From an uncultured Allobaculum sp. (lineage in GTDB: Bacteria; Bacillota_I; Bacilli_A; Erysipelotrichales; Erysipelotrichaceae), in contig CAJTLE010000001.1 of the NCBI GenBank assembly GCA_910577085.1, positions 728 through 64,727 on the forward strand: a stretch of 64,000 bases of DNA. The letters run 5' to 3'. Under the pieces are notes generated by a model. It was not told the origin of the DNA. It did not search any database and saw only the letters and a list, made by a program, of their open reading frames with translations. Positions 40,577-49,833 of the stretch are shown here, piece after piece. How positions within the stretch are numbered: the first letter of the stretch is position 1; each line of letters begins with the position of its first letter. Both the position numbers and the translations under genes were made by a program.

Positions 40577-41271
40577 ATTGTGAAGACTTTTTGCAGGGAA
40601 TGAATGAATTTTTTCTGTCTGGATTTGTCAGAAGACGAGATTGGAGTAAGCTTTCCATCTGGCCGGAGCGTTGAAATTTGGTGAATCGAGCCGGGCAGCG
40701 GGCTGGAAATTCCGGTCTGAATGTACCGAAATCGGATTGAATTTCAAACTTTTTATTGCAAATGCGAAACCAGAAGTGAATTCTTTTGGCTTTTTTTGTG
40801 CTCTTGTTGATGAGCTTTCAAGTGAAAGATGGGCTTGTGATAGAATAGTTCTGTTAAGGAGCAGGATGAAAGCTTTAGGCACGGTTTTCTTCCTTTTTAG
40901 CGAAGGAAAGAAAACCGGCAGATCGTTGATGCGGTCTGCTTTCTGACTGCCGTACCTGACCCGTCTGATTCACTCTCAGACTAAAAATTATCCTTAAACG
41001 ATGAAATGAAAAAGATGAACGTGTGGATGAGTGACTTGCAGAAGTCTTTTCGGATGGCTTTGAGCCAGTCTGGAAAGAGCGAAGAAATCTTTGCGATGAA
41101 AAAAGGCACAAAGGATAAAGAAAGGGTCATTCTCTTTTATGCTCAAAGAGAAAGAATGCAAAGAACCTGAAGGCTTAAAACAGGTTCTGGATCCGAAATT
41201 AAACTGAAAGGAGGCATGCGCCATTTCCCCCTGGCTGTGTTTCAGTTTGTGGGGATCCCTGCGCAATTACG

Positions 41272-42660
41272 ATGGATTTTAGAAAGCTTACTGACGAATA
41301 TTTTGATCAATATATAAAAGATCTCAATGATCTGGTTTCAATCGAATCTACCCGTGATGTTGAACATGCAGCACCAAATGCGCCATTTGGACCGAATGTG
41401 GCCAAAGCGCTGGAAACGATGCTTGAAATCGGAAAACGAGACGGTTTTGAAACGAAAAACTACGATGGCTACGCCGGCTTGATTACATTAGGTGATGGTG
41501 AAGAGAGTGTTGGCATCTTAGGTCATCTCGATGTTGTCCCTCTTGGGGATGGCTGGACGAAAAATCCACTTGCGGTTACCGAAGATCAGGGCTATTTATA
41601 CGGCCGCGGGGTGCTCGATGATAAAGGTCCATTCCTGGCTGGCTACTATGCGATGAAAATGTTAAAGGATCTCAACGTTCCTTTAAAACGCAAAGTTATG
41701 CTGATTGCCGGCACCGATGAAGAAAGCGGCATGGGTGGGATTCAGGAATACGTCAAGACCGGTCCAATTCCAACGATGGGCTTTACTCCAGATGCTGAAT
41801 TCCCAGTCATCTATGGTGAAAAGGGCAACCTGCACATTACACTTGATTCCGACCAGCCTTCCATTATTGAAGACTTCCAGGCCGGAACCAGACCGAATAT
41901 TGTCATTGCCAAAGCGGACGCCATTTTGAAGACAGATCAGTTTGATGAAGATCTGTACAACTTCTTCTTAAATACCAACGGTCTGAAAGGCAAAGGCTGG
42001 GTAGAAGATGGCAAGGTGCATCTATATGCTGAAGGTAAAGCCGCTCATGGCTCTTTACCATACATGGGTATCAACTCTGGTGTTCTGTTGCTCAACTACA
42101 TTGCCAATGCCTATAACGATAAACTGGCCGGCGAGCTGTATGAGCTGCTCAAAGACTGGAAGGGTGTTCCAGAAGGCATCGATGTCAACGGTGTCTACAT
42201 GGGCTTTTTAACAATGAACCCTGGAATCATCACGATTCATGATGGTCACGCGCATGTTCTGATCGATATTCGTTATCCAAACGATACGGAACCAGAAAAG
42301 ATCCTCAAAGGATTTGAAGAAGCCTGCGCTGATTTTGCCAAGGATATCACTCCGGCAATTGCCTATGCGGGCAAGCCATTATTTGTGGATCCAAACTCCA
42401 AGCTTGTAAAAGATCTGATGGCTTCCTATGCAAAATACTCTGGGGATACGTTCTCTCCAGCCATTACCATCGGCGGCGGTACGTATGCCAAGATGTTTGA
42501 TAACTTTGTGGCCTTTGGTCCTGAAAAACCATGGGTAAGACCTCCAAAGGGTGTTCAAGTTGGTGGATGCCACGAAGCAGATGAAGGCATCAGTGTGGAT
42601 GCCTTAAAAGAAGCGATCGCCATTTATGCAGACGCGATCGTAAGGCTGGCCAACGAATGA
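41272..42660 (+). CDS. pepV: M20-family dipeptidase (PepV/Sapep-like)
   Basis: GILGHLDVVPLGDGWTKNPL metal-binding motif; 462 aa. Confidence 0.85.
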   Translation: MDFRKLTDEYFDQYIKDLNDLVSIESTRDVEHAAPNAPFGPNVAKALETMLEIGKRDGFETKNYDGYAGLITLGDGEESVGILGHLDVVPLGDGWTKNPLAVTEDQGYLYGRGVLDDKGPFLAGYYAMKMLKDLNVPLKRKVMLIAGTDEESGMGGIQEYVKTGPIPTMGFTPDAEFPVIYGEKGNLHITLDSDQPSIIEDFQAGTRPNIVIAKADAILKTDQFDEDLYNFFLNTNGLKGKGWVEDGKVHLYAEGKAAHGSLPYMGINSGVLLLNYIANAYNDKLAGELYELLKDWKGVPEGIDVNGVYMGFLTMNPGIITIHDGHAHVLIDIRYPNDTEPEKILKGFEEACADFAKDITPAIAYAGKPLFVDPNSKLVKDLMASYAKYSGDTFSPAITIGGGTYAKMFDNFVAFGPEKPWVRPPKGVQVGGCHEADEGISVDALKEAIAIYADAIVRLANE

Positions 42661-43295
42661 GAATGCGTCGCATTCCCTGGGCGGCAGAGTATTTAAGCCA
42701 GAGTGCCTCCCGGGTGTTTGAACCCGCTGAAAAAATGGGTCACTGGAAAGAAGAAAAACCGCAGGGCAAGCTGCATCTGGAAATCGGATGCGGCAAAGGC
42801 GGCTATTCCGCCTCAATGGCTGCTCTGTATCCGGAAGATACATTTGCGGCGGTTGAGAAAAACGAAAGTGCTGCTGGTCTTGCAGCCAAGAAGTTTGATG
42901 AAGCCGCTCTTGGCAATTTGTCGCTGATCTATGGCGATGGCGCCGAACTTGACCAGTGGTTCCAGCCCGGGGAAGTCGATGTGATCCACCTCAACTTCTC
43001 CGATCCATGGCCCAAAAAGCGTAATGCCAAACGCAGATTGACGGCACCAGCCTTTTTGAAGCAGTATCATGATCTGCTCAGCACCAAGGGTCAGATTGTG
43101 ATGAAAACCGATAATCCGTCCCTGTTTGAATATTCCATCATGGCTTTTCTGGCAGCCGGATTTGAAATGGAAGAAATCAGTGTGGATTTTCGAAGAGAAG
43201 AACATCCCGAAGATCCATTAACCGAATATGAACAGAAGTTTGTCTCTCAGGGCAAACCGATCTACCGTTCAGTCTGGAACAACTACCATGACTGA
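42657..43295 (+). CDS. trmB: tRNA (guanine46-N7)-methyltransferase
   Basis: LEIGCGKGGY SAM motif and NFSDPWPKKRNAKRRL; ATGA overlap with pepV. Confidence 0.9.
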   Translation: MRMRRIPWAAEYLSQSASRVFEPAEKMGHWKEEKPQGKLHLEIGCGKGGYSASMAALYPEDTFAAVEKNESAAGLAAKKFDEAALGNLSLIYGDGAELDQWFQPGEVDVIHLNFSDPWPKKRNAKRRLTAPAFLKQYHDLLSTKGQIVMKTDNPSLFEYSIMAFLAAGFEMEEISVDFRREEHPEDPLTEYEQKFVSQGKPIYRSVWNNYHD

Positions 43296-43333
43296 ACCGA
43301 AAACCCGGAAAGTAATTTAAGAAAGTGATAAAC

Positions 43334-43660
43334 ATGATGAAACAGATTCATACTCCTGAAGAAGTCAATTCTCTCAAACAGTCTGACAAACCAGTCGTCT
43401 TTTTATGGTCGGCCGCCTGGTGCCCGGACTGTGTCTATCTGTACCCCTTCTTAGATCAGATTGAAAAAGACAACCCTGACTTCGATTTCTATAAACTAGA
43501 CCGTGACGAGCTGCTTGATGAAGCAATCGATCAGGAAATCCTTGGCATTCCATCCTTCACCGTTTTCCAGAACGGAAAAGAACTGGGTCGCTTTGTCTCG
43601 AAACTGCGCAAAACCCCTCAGGAAATTCAGCAGTTCTTAAATTCAGTAAAGGAGGCATAA
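43334..43660 (+). CDS. Thioredoxin-fold protein
   Basis: WCPDC redox motif (AAWCPDCVYL); about 108 aa. The track ORF starts at GTG 43325. Confidence 0.8.
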   Translation: MMKQIHTPEEVNSLKQSDKPVVFLWSAAWCPDCVYLYPFLDQIEKDNPDFDFYKLDRDELLDEAIDQEILGIPSFTVFQNGKELGRFVSKLRKTPQEIQQFLNSVKEA

Positions 43661-43663
43661 CGA

Positions 43664-44737
43664 ATGGGCTTTAAAGACATGATGAAGTCATTTCTCTATG
43701 AAACCGTAGAAGATGATGACGATTACGAAGAAGAAGAGGAAGTCGTCCAGAACGAACCCAAACGCGGCTTTTTCCATAAAAAAGAAGAAGCAGCCCCCGC
43801 ATCTGCTCCAGCAGCCGAACCAGCACCAGCAGTGCAGCCTGCTGTAACCCCACAGCCTGCTCAGTCTGCTCCAGCGTATACAACAACCAACCCGTATGCC
43901 CAAAATGCACAGGCACCAGCACCAGCCGCTCCTCAGTACTCGCCTGAAGAGCTCTATACTACTCCTCAGGTCAATCCGGGCACACCTCAGACATCCAGCA
44001 GTTTCTTATCTCGAATTGATGAGGCCATGGTCGAAGAAACGCCAAAACAAAGACCAGCCAGCAAGGTTCGCAGAGCGGCAAGCCGTCCGCAGCCAAACTA
44101 TGCCCGTCAGGATTTCTCCAATGTCATCTCGCCAATTTATGGCACCTTTGCGGAAGAAGAGATTATTCCAGAAGCCCTGCACAATGCGGTCGATCTGCCA
44201 AAACCAGTGGATGCTACTGAAATGGTAGAAATCATCTCCCCAATCTATGGAACGATGACAGTCCCTGCCAACAAGAAAAAGAAAATCCAGCCGGTTCAGC
44301 CTGCCAAATCACAGAGCTCAGCTTCCTCAAAAGGAAAAAAGGCTGCCCCACGCAATAAACAGTCCGAGCATTATTCTGCTCTTGAAACAGCTGTCGATAT
44401 TGAAAGCCAGGAAGCAGAACCTGTCACTCCTGTAGAAGAAGCAAAACCTGCTCCAGCTCCAGAAGCGGCACCTGAAACATCCACTGCCGCCTCAACTCCT
44501 GTTGAAACTCCAGCAGCTGAAGAAGCAAAACCAGCTCCAAAAGCAGAAAAGACTGCCCCCTCCCGTTCAGTTACTGGCAGCAGCGTGAGCTACAAGCCAA
44601 ACAAACCAACCTTCACGGCTGATCTTGGCAGCTATCTCTCACGGGGCACGACCCCTAAAAACCGGGCCGGTGCAAGCCGGGCTGAGCTGTTAGAACCAGT
44701 TCTGGAAGAACAAGCGAAAAAAGGAAGCAAGAAATAA
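43664..44737 (+). CDS. Pro/Ala-rich, predicted disordered protein with an amphipathic N-terminus and two ISPIYGT motifs
   Basis: 357 aa. MGFKDMMKSFLYE is followed by an acidic run. ISPIYGT occurs at residues 155-161 and 191-197. TAATG junction with murC. Confidence 0.65.
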   Translation: MGFKDMMKSFLYETVEDDDDYEEEEEVVQNEPKRGFFHKKEEAAPASAPAAEPAPAVQPAVTPQPAQSAPAYTTTNPYAQNAQAPAPAAPQYSPEELYTTPQVNPGTPQTSSSFLSRIDEAMVEETPKQRPASKVRRAASRPQPNYARQDFSNVISPIYGTFAEEEIIPEALHNAVDLPKPVDATEMVEIISPIYGTMTVPANKKKKIQPVQPAKSQSSASSKGKKAAPRNKQSEHYSALETAVDIESQEAEPVTPVEEAKPAPAPEAAPETSTAASTPVETPAAEEAKPAPKAEKTAPSRSVTGSSVSYKPNKPTFTADLGSYLSRGTTPKNRAGASRAELLEPVLEEQAKKGSKK

Positions 44738-46056
44738 TGAGAGTTTTCTTTACCGGAATTAAAGGAACCGGCATGGCCGCTTTAGCAGAAATTCTGCATG
44801 AACTGGGCCATGATGTCCGTGGTTCCGACATTACCAAATATGTATTTACTGAAGAAGGCTTAAAGGAGCGGGGAATTGAAATTCTCCCGTTCGATGCCGA
44901 CAATATCCAGCCTGGAGATACCGTCATCGCCGGTCTGGCTTTCTCCAAAGACCATCCAGAAATTGCCCGGGCATTACAGATGGATGATGCCAAGGTGTAC
45001 TGGTATAACGAGTATCTTGGTCGTCTGCTGGAAGATTATGAGTCGATCTGTGTAGCCGGCTGTCATGGAAAATCCACCACCACCGGTCTGCTGGCTCATA
45101 TTCTTGAAGCCTGGAAACCAGCTGGGTATCTGATTGGCGATGGCCATGGCCATATGCCGACAGATGCTGAATATTTTGTTCTGGAATCCTGTGAGTTCAA
45201 ACGCCATTTCCTGGCTTACCACCCGGAGTATGCTCTGATTACCAACATCGAACTTGATCATGTTGACTACTACAAAGATCTCGATGATTACATCTCTGCC
45301 TTCCAGAGCTTTGCCAATCAGATCAAAAAACGCGCTGTCATCTTTGGCGACGACCCTTATCTCAAAGATCTCAGCTACCCGGTTCCAGTAACCACCTATG
45401 GTCTGGAAGAGGGTAATGAGTATCAGGGAATCAACCTGGTTGAAAACGAAAATGGATCCGAACTGGATGTGAAAAAAGATGGCGAAATCATCGCCCATCT
45501 TGTTTTACATGAATCCGGTCTGCCCTTTGTCTGGGATTCTTTAGGCGCTTTTGCCCTGGCTCATGAACTGGGCATGCCAGCTGATGAAATTGCTCACCAG
45601 ATTGCAGACTTCCAGGGCATTGCCCGCCGGTTTGTTATTGAAGAAGTCAACGACTCTGTTCTGATCGATGACTATGCTCACCATCCAACGGCCATCTCAC
45701 AGATGATCCGTTCTGCCCGTAAACGTTTCCCGGGCAAGAAAGTTGTTGCGCTCTACAAACCAGACCGATATTCCCGACTGCAGTTTTTCCTGGATCGGTT
45801 TGCTTCGTCCTTAAATGAAGCTGATGAAAGTTTTGTCCTTGATTTTGACGCCAATGCCAAACGTGAAGATGAAACGATCACGGTGACCATTCAGGATCTG
45901 CTCGATCAACTGTCTAACGGCAGTCTGCTGGATATTGACGAGGCCAGTGCCGAAGTTCTCGAAAACGCCGGCCCGGCAGTCTATCTGTTTATGTCCAGCA
46001 AGAACATCTACCTGTTAAAAGATCTGCTCAAACAAAGACTGAATTCCACAGACTAA
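44737..46056 (+). CDS. murC: UDP-N-acetylmuramate--L-alanine ligase
   Basis: FTGIKGTGMAALAEIL...GSD N-terminal motif and the Mur ligase P-loop GCHGKSTTTGLL. Confidence 0.9.
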   Translation: MRVFFTGIKGTGMAALAEILHELGHDVRGSDITKYVFTEEGLKERGIEILPFDADNIQPGDTVIAGLAFSKDHPEIARALQMDDAKVYWYNEYLGRLLEDYESICVAGCHGKSTTTGLLAHILEAWKPAGYLIGDGHGHMPTDAEYFVLESCEFKRHFLAYHPEYALITNIELDHVDYYKDLDDYISAFQSFANQIKKRAVIFGDDPYLKDLSYPVPVTTYGLEEGNEYQGINLVENENGSELDVKKDGEIIAHLVLHESGLPFVWDSLGAFALAHELGMPADEIAHQIADFQGIARRFVIEEVNDSVLIDDYAHHPTAISQMIRSARKRFPGKKVVALYKPDRYSRLQFFLDRFASSLNEADESFVLDFDANAKREDETITVTIQDLLDQLSNGSLLDIDEASAEVLENAGPAVYLFMSSKNIYLLKDLLKQRLNSTD

Positions 46057-46541
46057 AAACGAATGCTGTAGTCTGAAGAATGAAATTTAAAGAAACATTG
46101 CCTGATCGGGAATGTGTGCCAGAAAAGTCGAAAATCCAGCCATGAATTTTCGAAAGGATTTCCAATCAATTCCGGCTGAATCTTAAAAGAATTCAAGCCA
46201 ATCTGACATTCTTGAAATGTAGGTTTTCCTGACTTTAAGACCCCGGTAAAATGCCTACAATGGTAGCGAAGCCTGAAACTGTTTTCATCTTCCTCGATGC
46301 TGGAATGCTCACATCGTGAGAAGTGCGCCAGTCTTGAATCTGAATCAATACGGGTTGAAGCCAGAAACCATTAGATGACCAGAAACGGTCACCTTTATAA
46401 ACATGAATGTGAATTTGAAATCTGTTCTGGTCAAAAACGTTCGAAACGAGTATCGAAATCGTCAGGAAATCTCATAAAGTACCCTGTTTCTTTCAAGCTT
46501 TGAAAAATTTTTCATTCCAGCAAATAACAATCGTTGAATGA

Positions 46542-46550
46542 TGGTATAAT
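46542..46550 (+). promoter_or_regulatory. Extended -10 promoter element upstream of the DUF948 gene
   Basis: TGgTATAAT lies ~38 nt upstream of ATG 46588. Confidence 0.45.
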
Positions 46551-46587
46551 CCAACGGTAATAGAACATTTGTTAAGGAAGGAAGAGT

Positions 46588-47067
46588 ATGACAATTAATC
46601 TGGATGTCCTGATGTATCTTGCAAGGATCGCCTTATGCATTGCCGGCGTGATTGCGATCATCTATCTGGTCCTGCTGTTCAAGTCTGTCATCGATACGAT
46701 GGGTGAGCTGCAGGAGACACTCAAAGCGGTCAACCGAGATTTAGTGAAACTGGAAAGCCCGCTGGACACTGTCGGCCAGGTATCCAATACCGTTAACGAA
46801 GTCCAGGCTTCCGCGAAGCGCGCAGCAATGGGTGCCATCAATGTGTTCTCCAAAGGAACAGAGATGATTGGCGGCAAGCTGAAAAAAGAGACGGGTCAGC
46901 AAGCCAGCACTCCATCACAGACCAGTGAAGTCCGTGACGCTGATGCGATCCAGGCAGATTTTCAGAAAATCACTGAAGATCTCAACAGCATCGTCAAGGA
47001 TGAAGATGTCATTGCTAAAGACAGCTCACCTAAAGATGCCGACAAACCCGCAAGAACAGGAGACTGA
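46588..47067 (+). CDS. DUF948/YtxG-like membrane-anchored coiled-coil protein
   Basis: N-terminal TM helix followed by coiled coil; position after murC matches B. subtilis ytxG. Confidence 0.7.
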   Translation: MTINLDVLMYLARIALCIAGVIAIIYLVLLFKSVIDTMGELQETLKAVNRDLVKLESPLDTVGQVSNTVNEVQASAKRAAMGAINVFSKGTEMIGGKLKKETGQQASTPSQTSEVRDADAIQADFQKITEDLNSIVKDEDVIAKDSSPKDADKPARTGD

Positions 47068-47069
47068 AT

Positions 47070-47822
47070 ATGGATGAAGAAAAAAAATTAACCGAAAACG
47101 AACTGCCAGAACTGCCAGATCCAAAAGAAGAATCTGAAAAGGCTCCTGAGACGACAGCCCCGGCTGAATCTGAACCAGAAGAAGCCAAGACTGCTCCAGA
47201 AACGCCAGCTGATTCTGAGCAGACCGCAAGCGAAGATGCCCGCGCTGCTGCCATTGATGAAATGGAAAAAGCCAGCCAGAAGGCACTGGAAGCTATGCGT
47301 GAAAGTGGAAACGAACAGAATGAAGAAGTTGTCGACGATGCGGAACAGAAACTCGAAGACATCTTCAGCCAGCTTGATGAATGGCTCAAACACAACACAC
47401 AGCCAGAACGCATTAAAGCTGAAATGAAAGCAGCAGCGACTAAAGTCAATGACCTGCTTGAAAAGACAAGAACCAGTGTAATCAGTGTTGCGGAAAGCGA
47501 ACAGTTCAAAAAGACCATGGAATCCGGCCACGATTTCTTAATCGGTGCCGGCAGCATGATTGCCGATGGCTTACAGTATGGCTATGGCAAGCTCATGGAA
47601 GTGCCAGAGTTCAAGAAAGCCGCTGACTATGTAGACAGCCGTGTAGACGATCTACGCCACAGCGAAACACTGAAAACAATTGTTGACCGGTCCGAAGAAG
47701 GACTCAACCGCCTGAATGAATCAATCTTCAGCGGTCTGAAATCATTCTTTGAACCAGCCCATAAAGACGAAGACCTGCCTGATTTACCAGAACAGGATGA
47801 TAGGACCGAGGATCATCAATGA
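47070..47822 (+). CDS. Acidic coiled-coil protein (YtxH-like by position)
   Basis: 250 aa, E/D/A-rich. Starts 3 nt after the upstream gene and shares an ATGA overlap with the downstream LacI-family gene. Confidence 0.6.
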   Translation: MDEEKKLTENELPELPDPKEESEKAPETTAPAESEPEEAKTAPETPADSEQTASEDARAAAIDEMEKASQKALEAMRESGNEQNEEVVDDAEQKLEDIFSQLDEWLKHNTQPERIKAEMKAAATKVNDLLEKTRTSVISVAESEQFKKTMESGHDFLIGAGSMIADGLQYGYGKLMEVPEFKKAADYVDSRVDDLRHSETLKTIVDRSEEGLNRLNESIFSGLKSFFEPAHKDEDLPDLPEQDDRTEDHQ

Positions 47823-48826
47823 AGCGAATCACAATTTATGATGTAGCCAAAGAGGCGGACGTCTCCCTGGCCACTGTATCCCGAGTTATTAACGATTCGA
47901 GCGTTGTTCGAGAAGATACTCGTCTGCGCGTTCAGGAAGTTATCGAACGACTTGGCTATAAACCAAATGCCGTCGCTCAGGGACTTGCCCTGTCCAAAAC
48001 CACTACGGTTTCAATCGTTATGTCGGAAAAGCTGTTGTCTTACAACGCTAAAATTCTTAATGGTCTGATGGATGTTGCCAATATCTACCATTACAATGTC
48101 ATGTTCCATACCACATCCAAAGGCATCTCCAAGATGCAGGATGTCATCGAATCCATCATCAAATCCCGTGTGGATGGTGTCATTTTATTCAATGACAACT
48201 TCTCCGAAGAAGAGATGAATGTGCTCAATGAGTACAAGATTCCAATGGTTATTGTTGGTGGTAAATTTGACGGCCCAAAACATGACCACGTCGGCAATGT
48301 CTATGTAGACATTGAAAAAATTGCCAACGAGCTGGTGAAAGACTACTTTGCCAAAGGTGTCGACGATATCGCCATTGTGGAAGATAAACTGAATCTTTCC
48401 ATGATGAAGCAGATGAAAAAAGGTGCTGAAGAGGCCTTTAAAGAAGCCGGAAAAGAGTTCAAGAACTACCTTTCCTACAACGATACTTACAAGACCAGCT
48501 ACGAATATTTCTCTGATTATCTCAAAGAAAACAAACCTCACAAGCTCAACATCTGCTTCCGTGACTCCCAGGCCATTGCCCTGCTCAATGCAGCCAAAGA
48601 AAATGGCTATAAAGTTCCAGAAGATCTCGAGATCATCACAATCCTCGACTCCAAGTATCTGCCAATGATGCGGCCAACCATTACGGCTTACAACATTCCA
48701 GATTACGATATGGGTGCCCTAGCTATGCGTATGTTAACGAAGATGCTAGTCAGCAACGATGATAAAGGCGTTGAAAAGAGCATTGAAATCCAGGCTTCGC
48801 CATTAATCCGCGAAACCACCAAGTAG
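47819..48826 (+). CDS. LacI-family transcriptional regulator (CcpA-like by synteny)
   Basis: N-terminal HTH ITIYDVAKEADVSLATVSRVIN plus a periplasmic-binding-protein-like effector domain. Confidence 0.85.
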   Translation: MKRITIYDVAKEADVSLATVSRVINDSSVVREDTRLRVQEVIERLGYKPNAVAQGLALSKTTTVSIVMSEKLLSYNAKILNGLMDVANIYHYNVMFHTTSKGISKMQDVIESIIKSRVDGVILFNDNFSEEEMNVLNEYKIPMVIVGGKFDGPKHDHVGNVYVDIEKIANELVKDYFAKGVDDIAIVEDKLNLSMMKQMKKGAEEAFKEAGKEFKNYLSYNDTYKTSYEYFSDYLKENKPHKLNICFRDSQAIALLNAAKENGYKVPEDLEIITILDSKYLPMMRPTITAYNIPDYDMGALAMRMLTKMLVSNDDKGVEKSIEIQASPLIRETTK

Positions 48827-48840
48827 TTTCAAAACGCACT

Positions 48841-48850
48841 CCCCCCCCCC
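48841..48850. repeat. Poly-C homopolymer (C10)
   Basis: Ten consecutive C residues lie 15 nt after the LacI-family stop codon. Confidence 0.95.
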
Positions 48851-49005
48851 TTAATTCGTTTCGATCTCTGATCAAAACCCATTCAGGCGATTCTCCACTT
48901 TGGAAAATCGCCTTTTTGCATTGTTACGCCCTTACACTGACCACGCGGCATGGAATTGGCGGCCACAGACCGGGACGAATATCAATTGTGGTATAGAATA
49001 GAGAC

Positions 49006-49461
49006 ATGGAAATCGTATTTACTCAACTCAACCCAGAAGTACCCGATCATGATTATGAGAAGGACTATCTGACGATTATGGAAAAAGCAGGAAAGCTTCT
49101 CAATCGCAATGAGAATCTTGTCTGCTCAGTGATTTTCTGCTCTCCCGAGCAGATTCATGAAGTGAACCGGGACTATCGAAATGTCGATCGGCCGACGGAT
49201 GTGATTTCCTTTGCTATGCAGGATGATGCGAGTAATATCCTGATCGAAGAAGAGGAGAACGAACTGGGAGATATTTTTATCAACACTCAGGCAATCAAAG
49301 ATCAGGCAAAAGAGTACGGTCACTCCACCCGCCGGGAATCCTGTTTCCTTTTCTGTCATGGACTGCTCCATCTGATGGGCTATGATCACATGACTAAGGA
49401 AGACGAAGAAGTCATGTTCGGCCTCCAGAAGGAAATTCTGCATGGCGTGGCTGATCGATAG
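49006..49461 (+). CDS. ybeY: rRNA maturation endoribonuclease YbeY
   Basis: HGLLHLMGYDH zinc-binding motif; 151 aa. Confidence 0.9.
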   Translation: MEIVFTQLNPEVPDHDYEKDYLTIMEKAGKLLNRNENLVCSVIFCSPEQIHEVNRDYRNVDRPTDVISFAMQDDASNILIEEEENELGDIFINTQAIKDQAKEYGHSTRRESCFLFCHGLLHLMGYDHMTKEDEEVMFGLQKEILHGVADR

Positions 49462-49819
49462 ATTCAGGTATGCATTTGCGGGAATCCGCTATGGCTGGCT
49501 GCACGATAAAAGCATCCGCTGGCAGCTGATTGCAGCTGCAGCCGCAGTTTTAGCTGGATTTCTTTTTCAGATTCGCATCGACCAATGGTTATGGGTGGCT
49601 TTAGCCGTAGCGCTGGTGATCATGGCAGAAATATTCAATTCCTGCATTGAAAAAACCATCGACTACATCAGTCTGGAGCGAAACGAAAAAGCACGGGTCA
49701 TCAAAGATATGGCCGCGTCGGCGGTCTTTGTTGTATCCTGTTTTGCCTTTCTGGTCGGTGTTGTTGTTTTTCTTCCGCCATTGATCCAGTGGATTCAACG
49801 GATTGCGAAGTGGATTTAA
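49442..49819 (+). CDS. dgkA: Diacylglycerol/undecaprenol kinase family membrane protein
   Basis: 125 aa with three TM helices and an EIFNSCIEKTIDYI-type motif; conserved ybeY-dgkA-era order. Confidence 0.8.
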   Translation: MAWLIDRFRYAFAGIRYGWLHDKSIRWQLIAAAAAVLAGFLFQIRIDQWLWVALAVALVIMAEIFNSCIEKTIDYISLERNEKARVIKDMAASAVFVVSCFAFLVGVVVFLPPLIQWIQRIAKWI

Positions 49820-49833
49820 GTGAGGTTTTTTGA

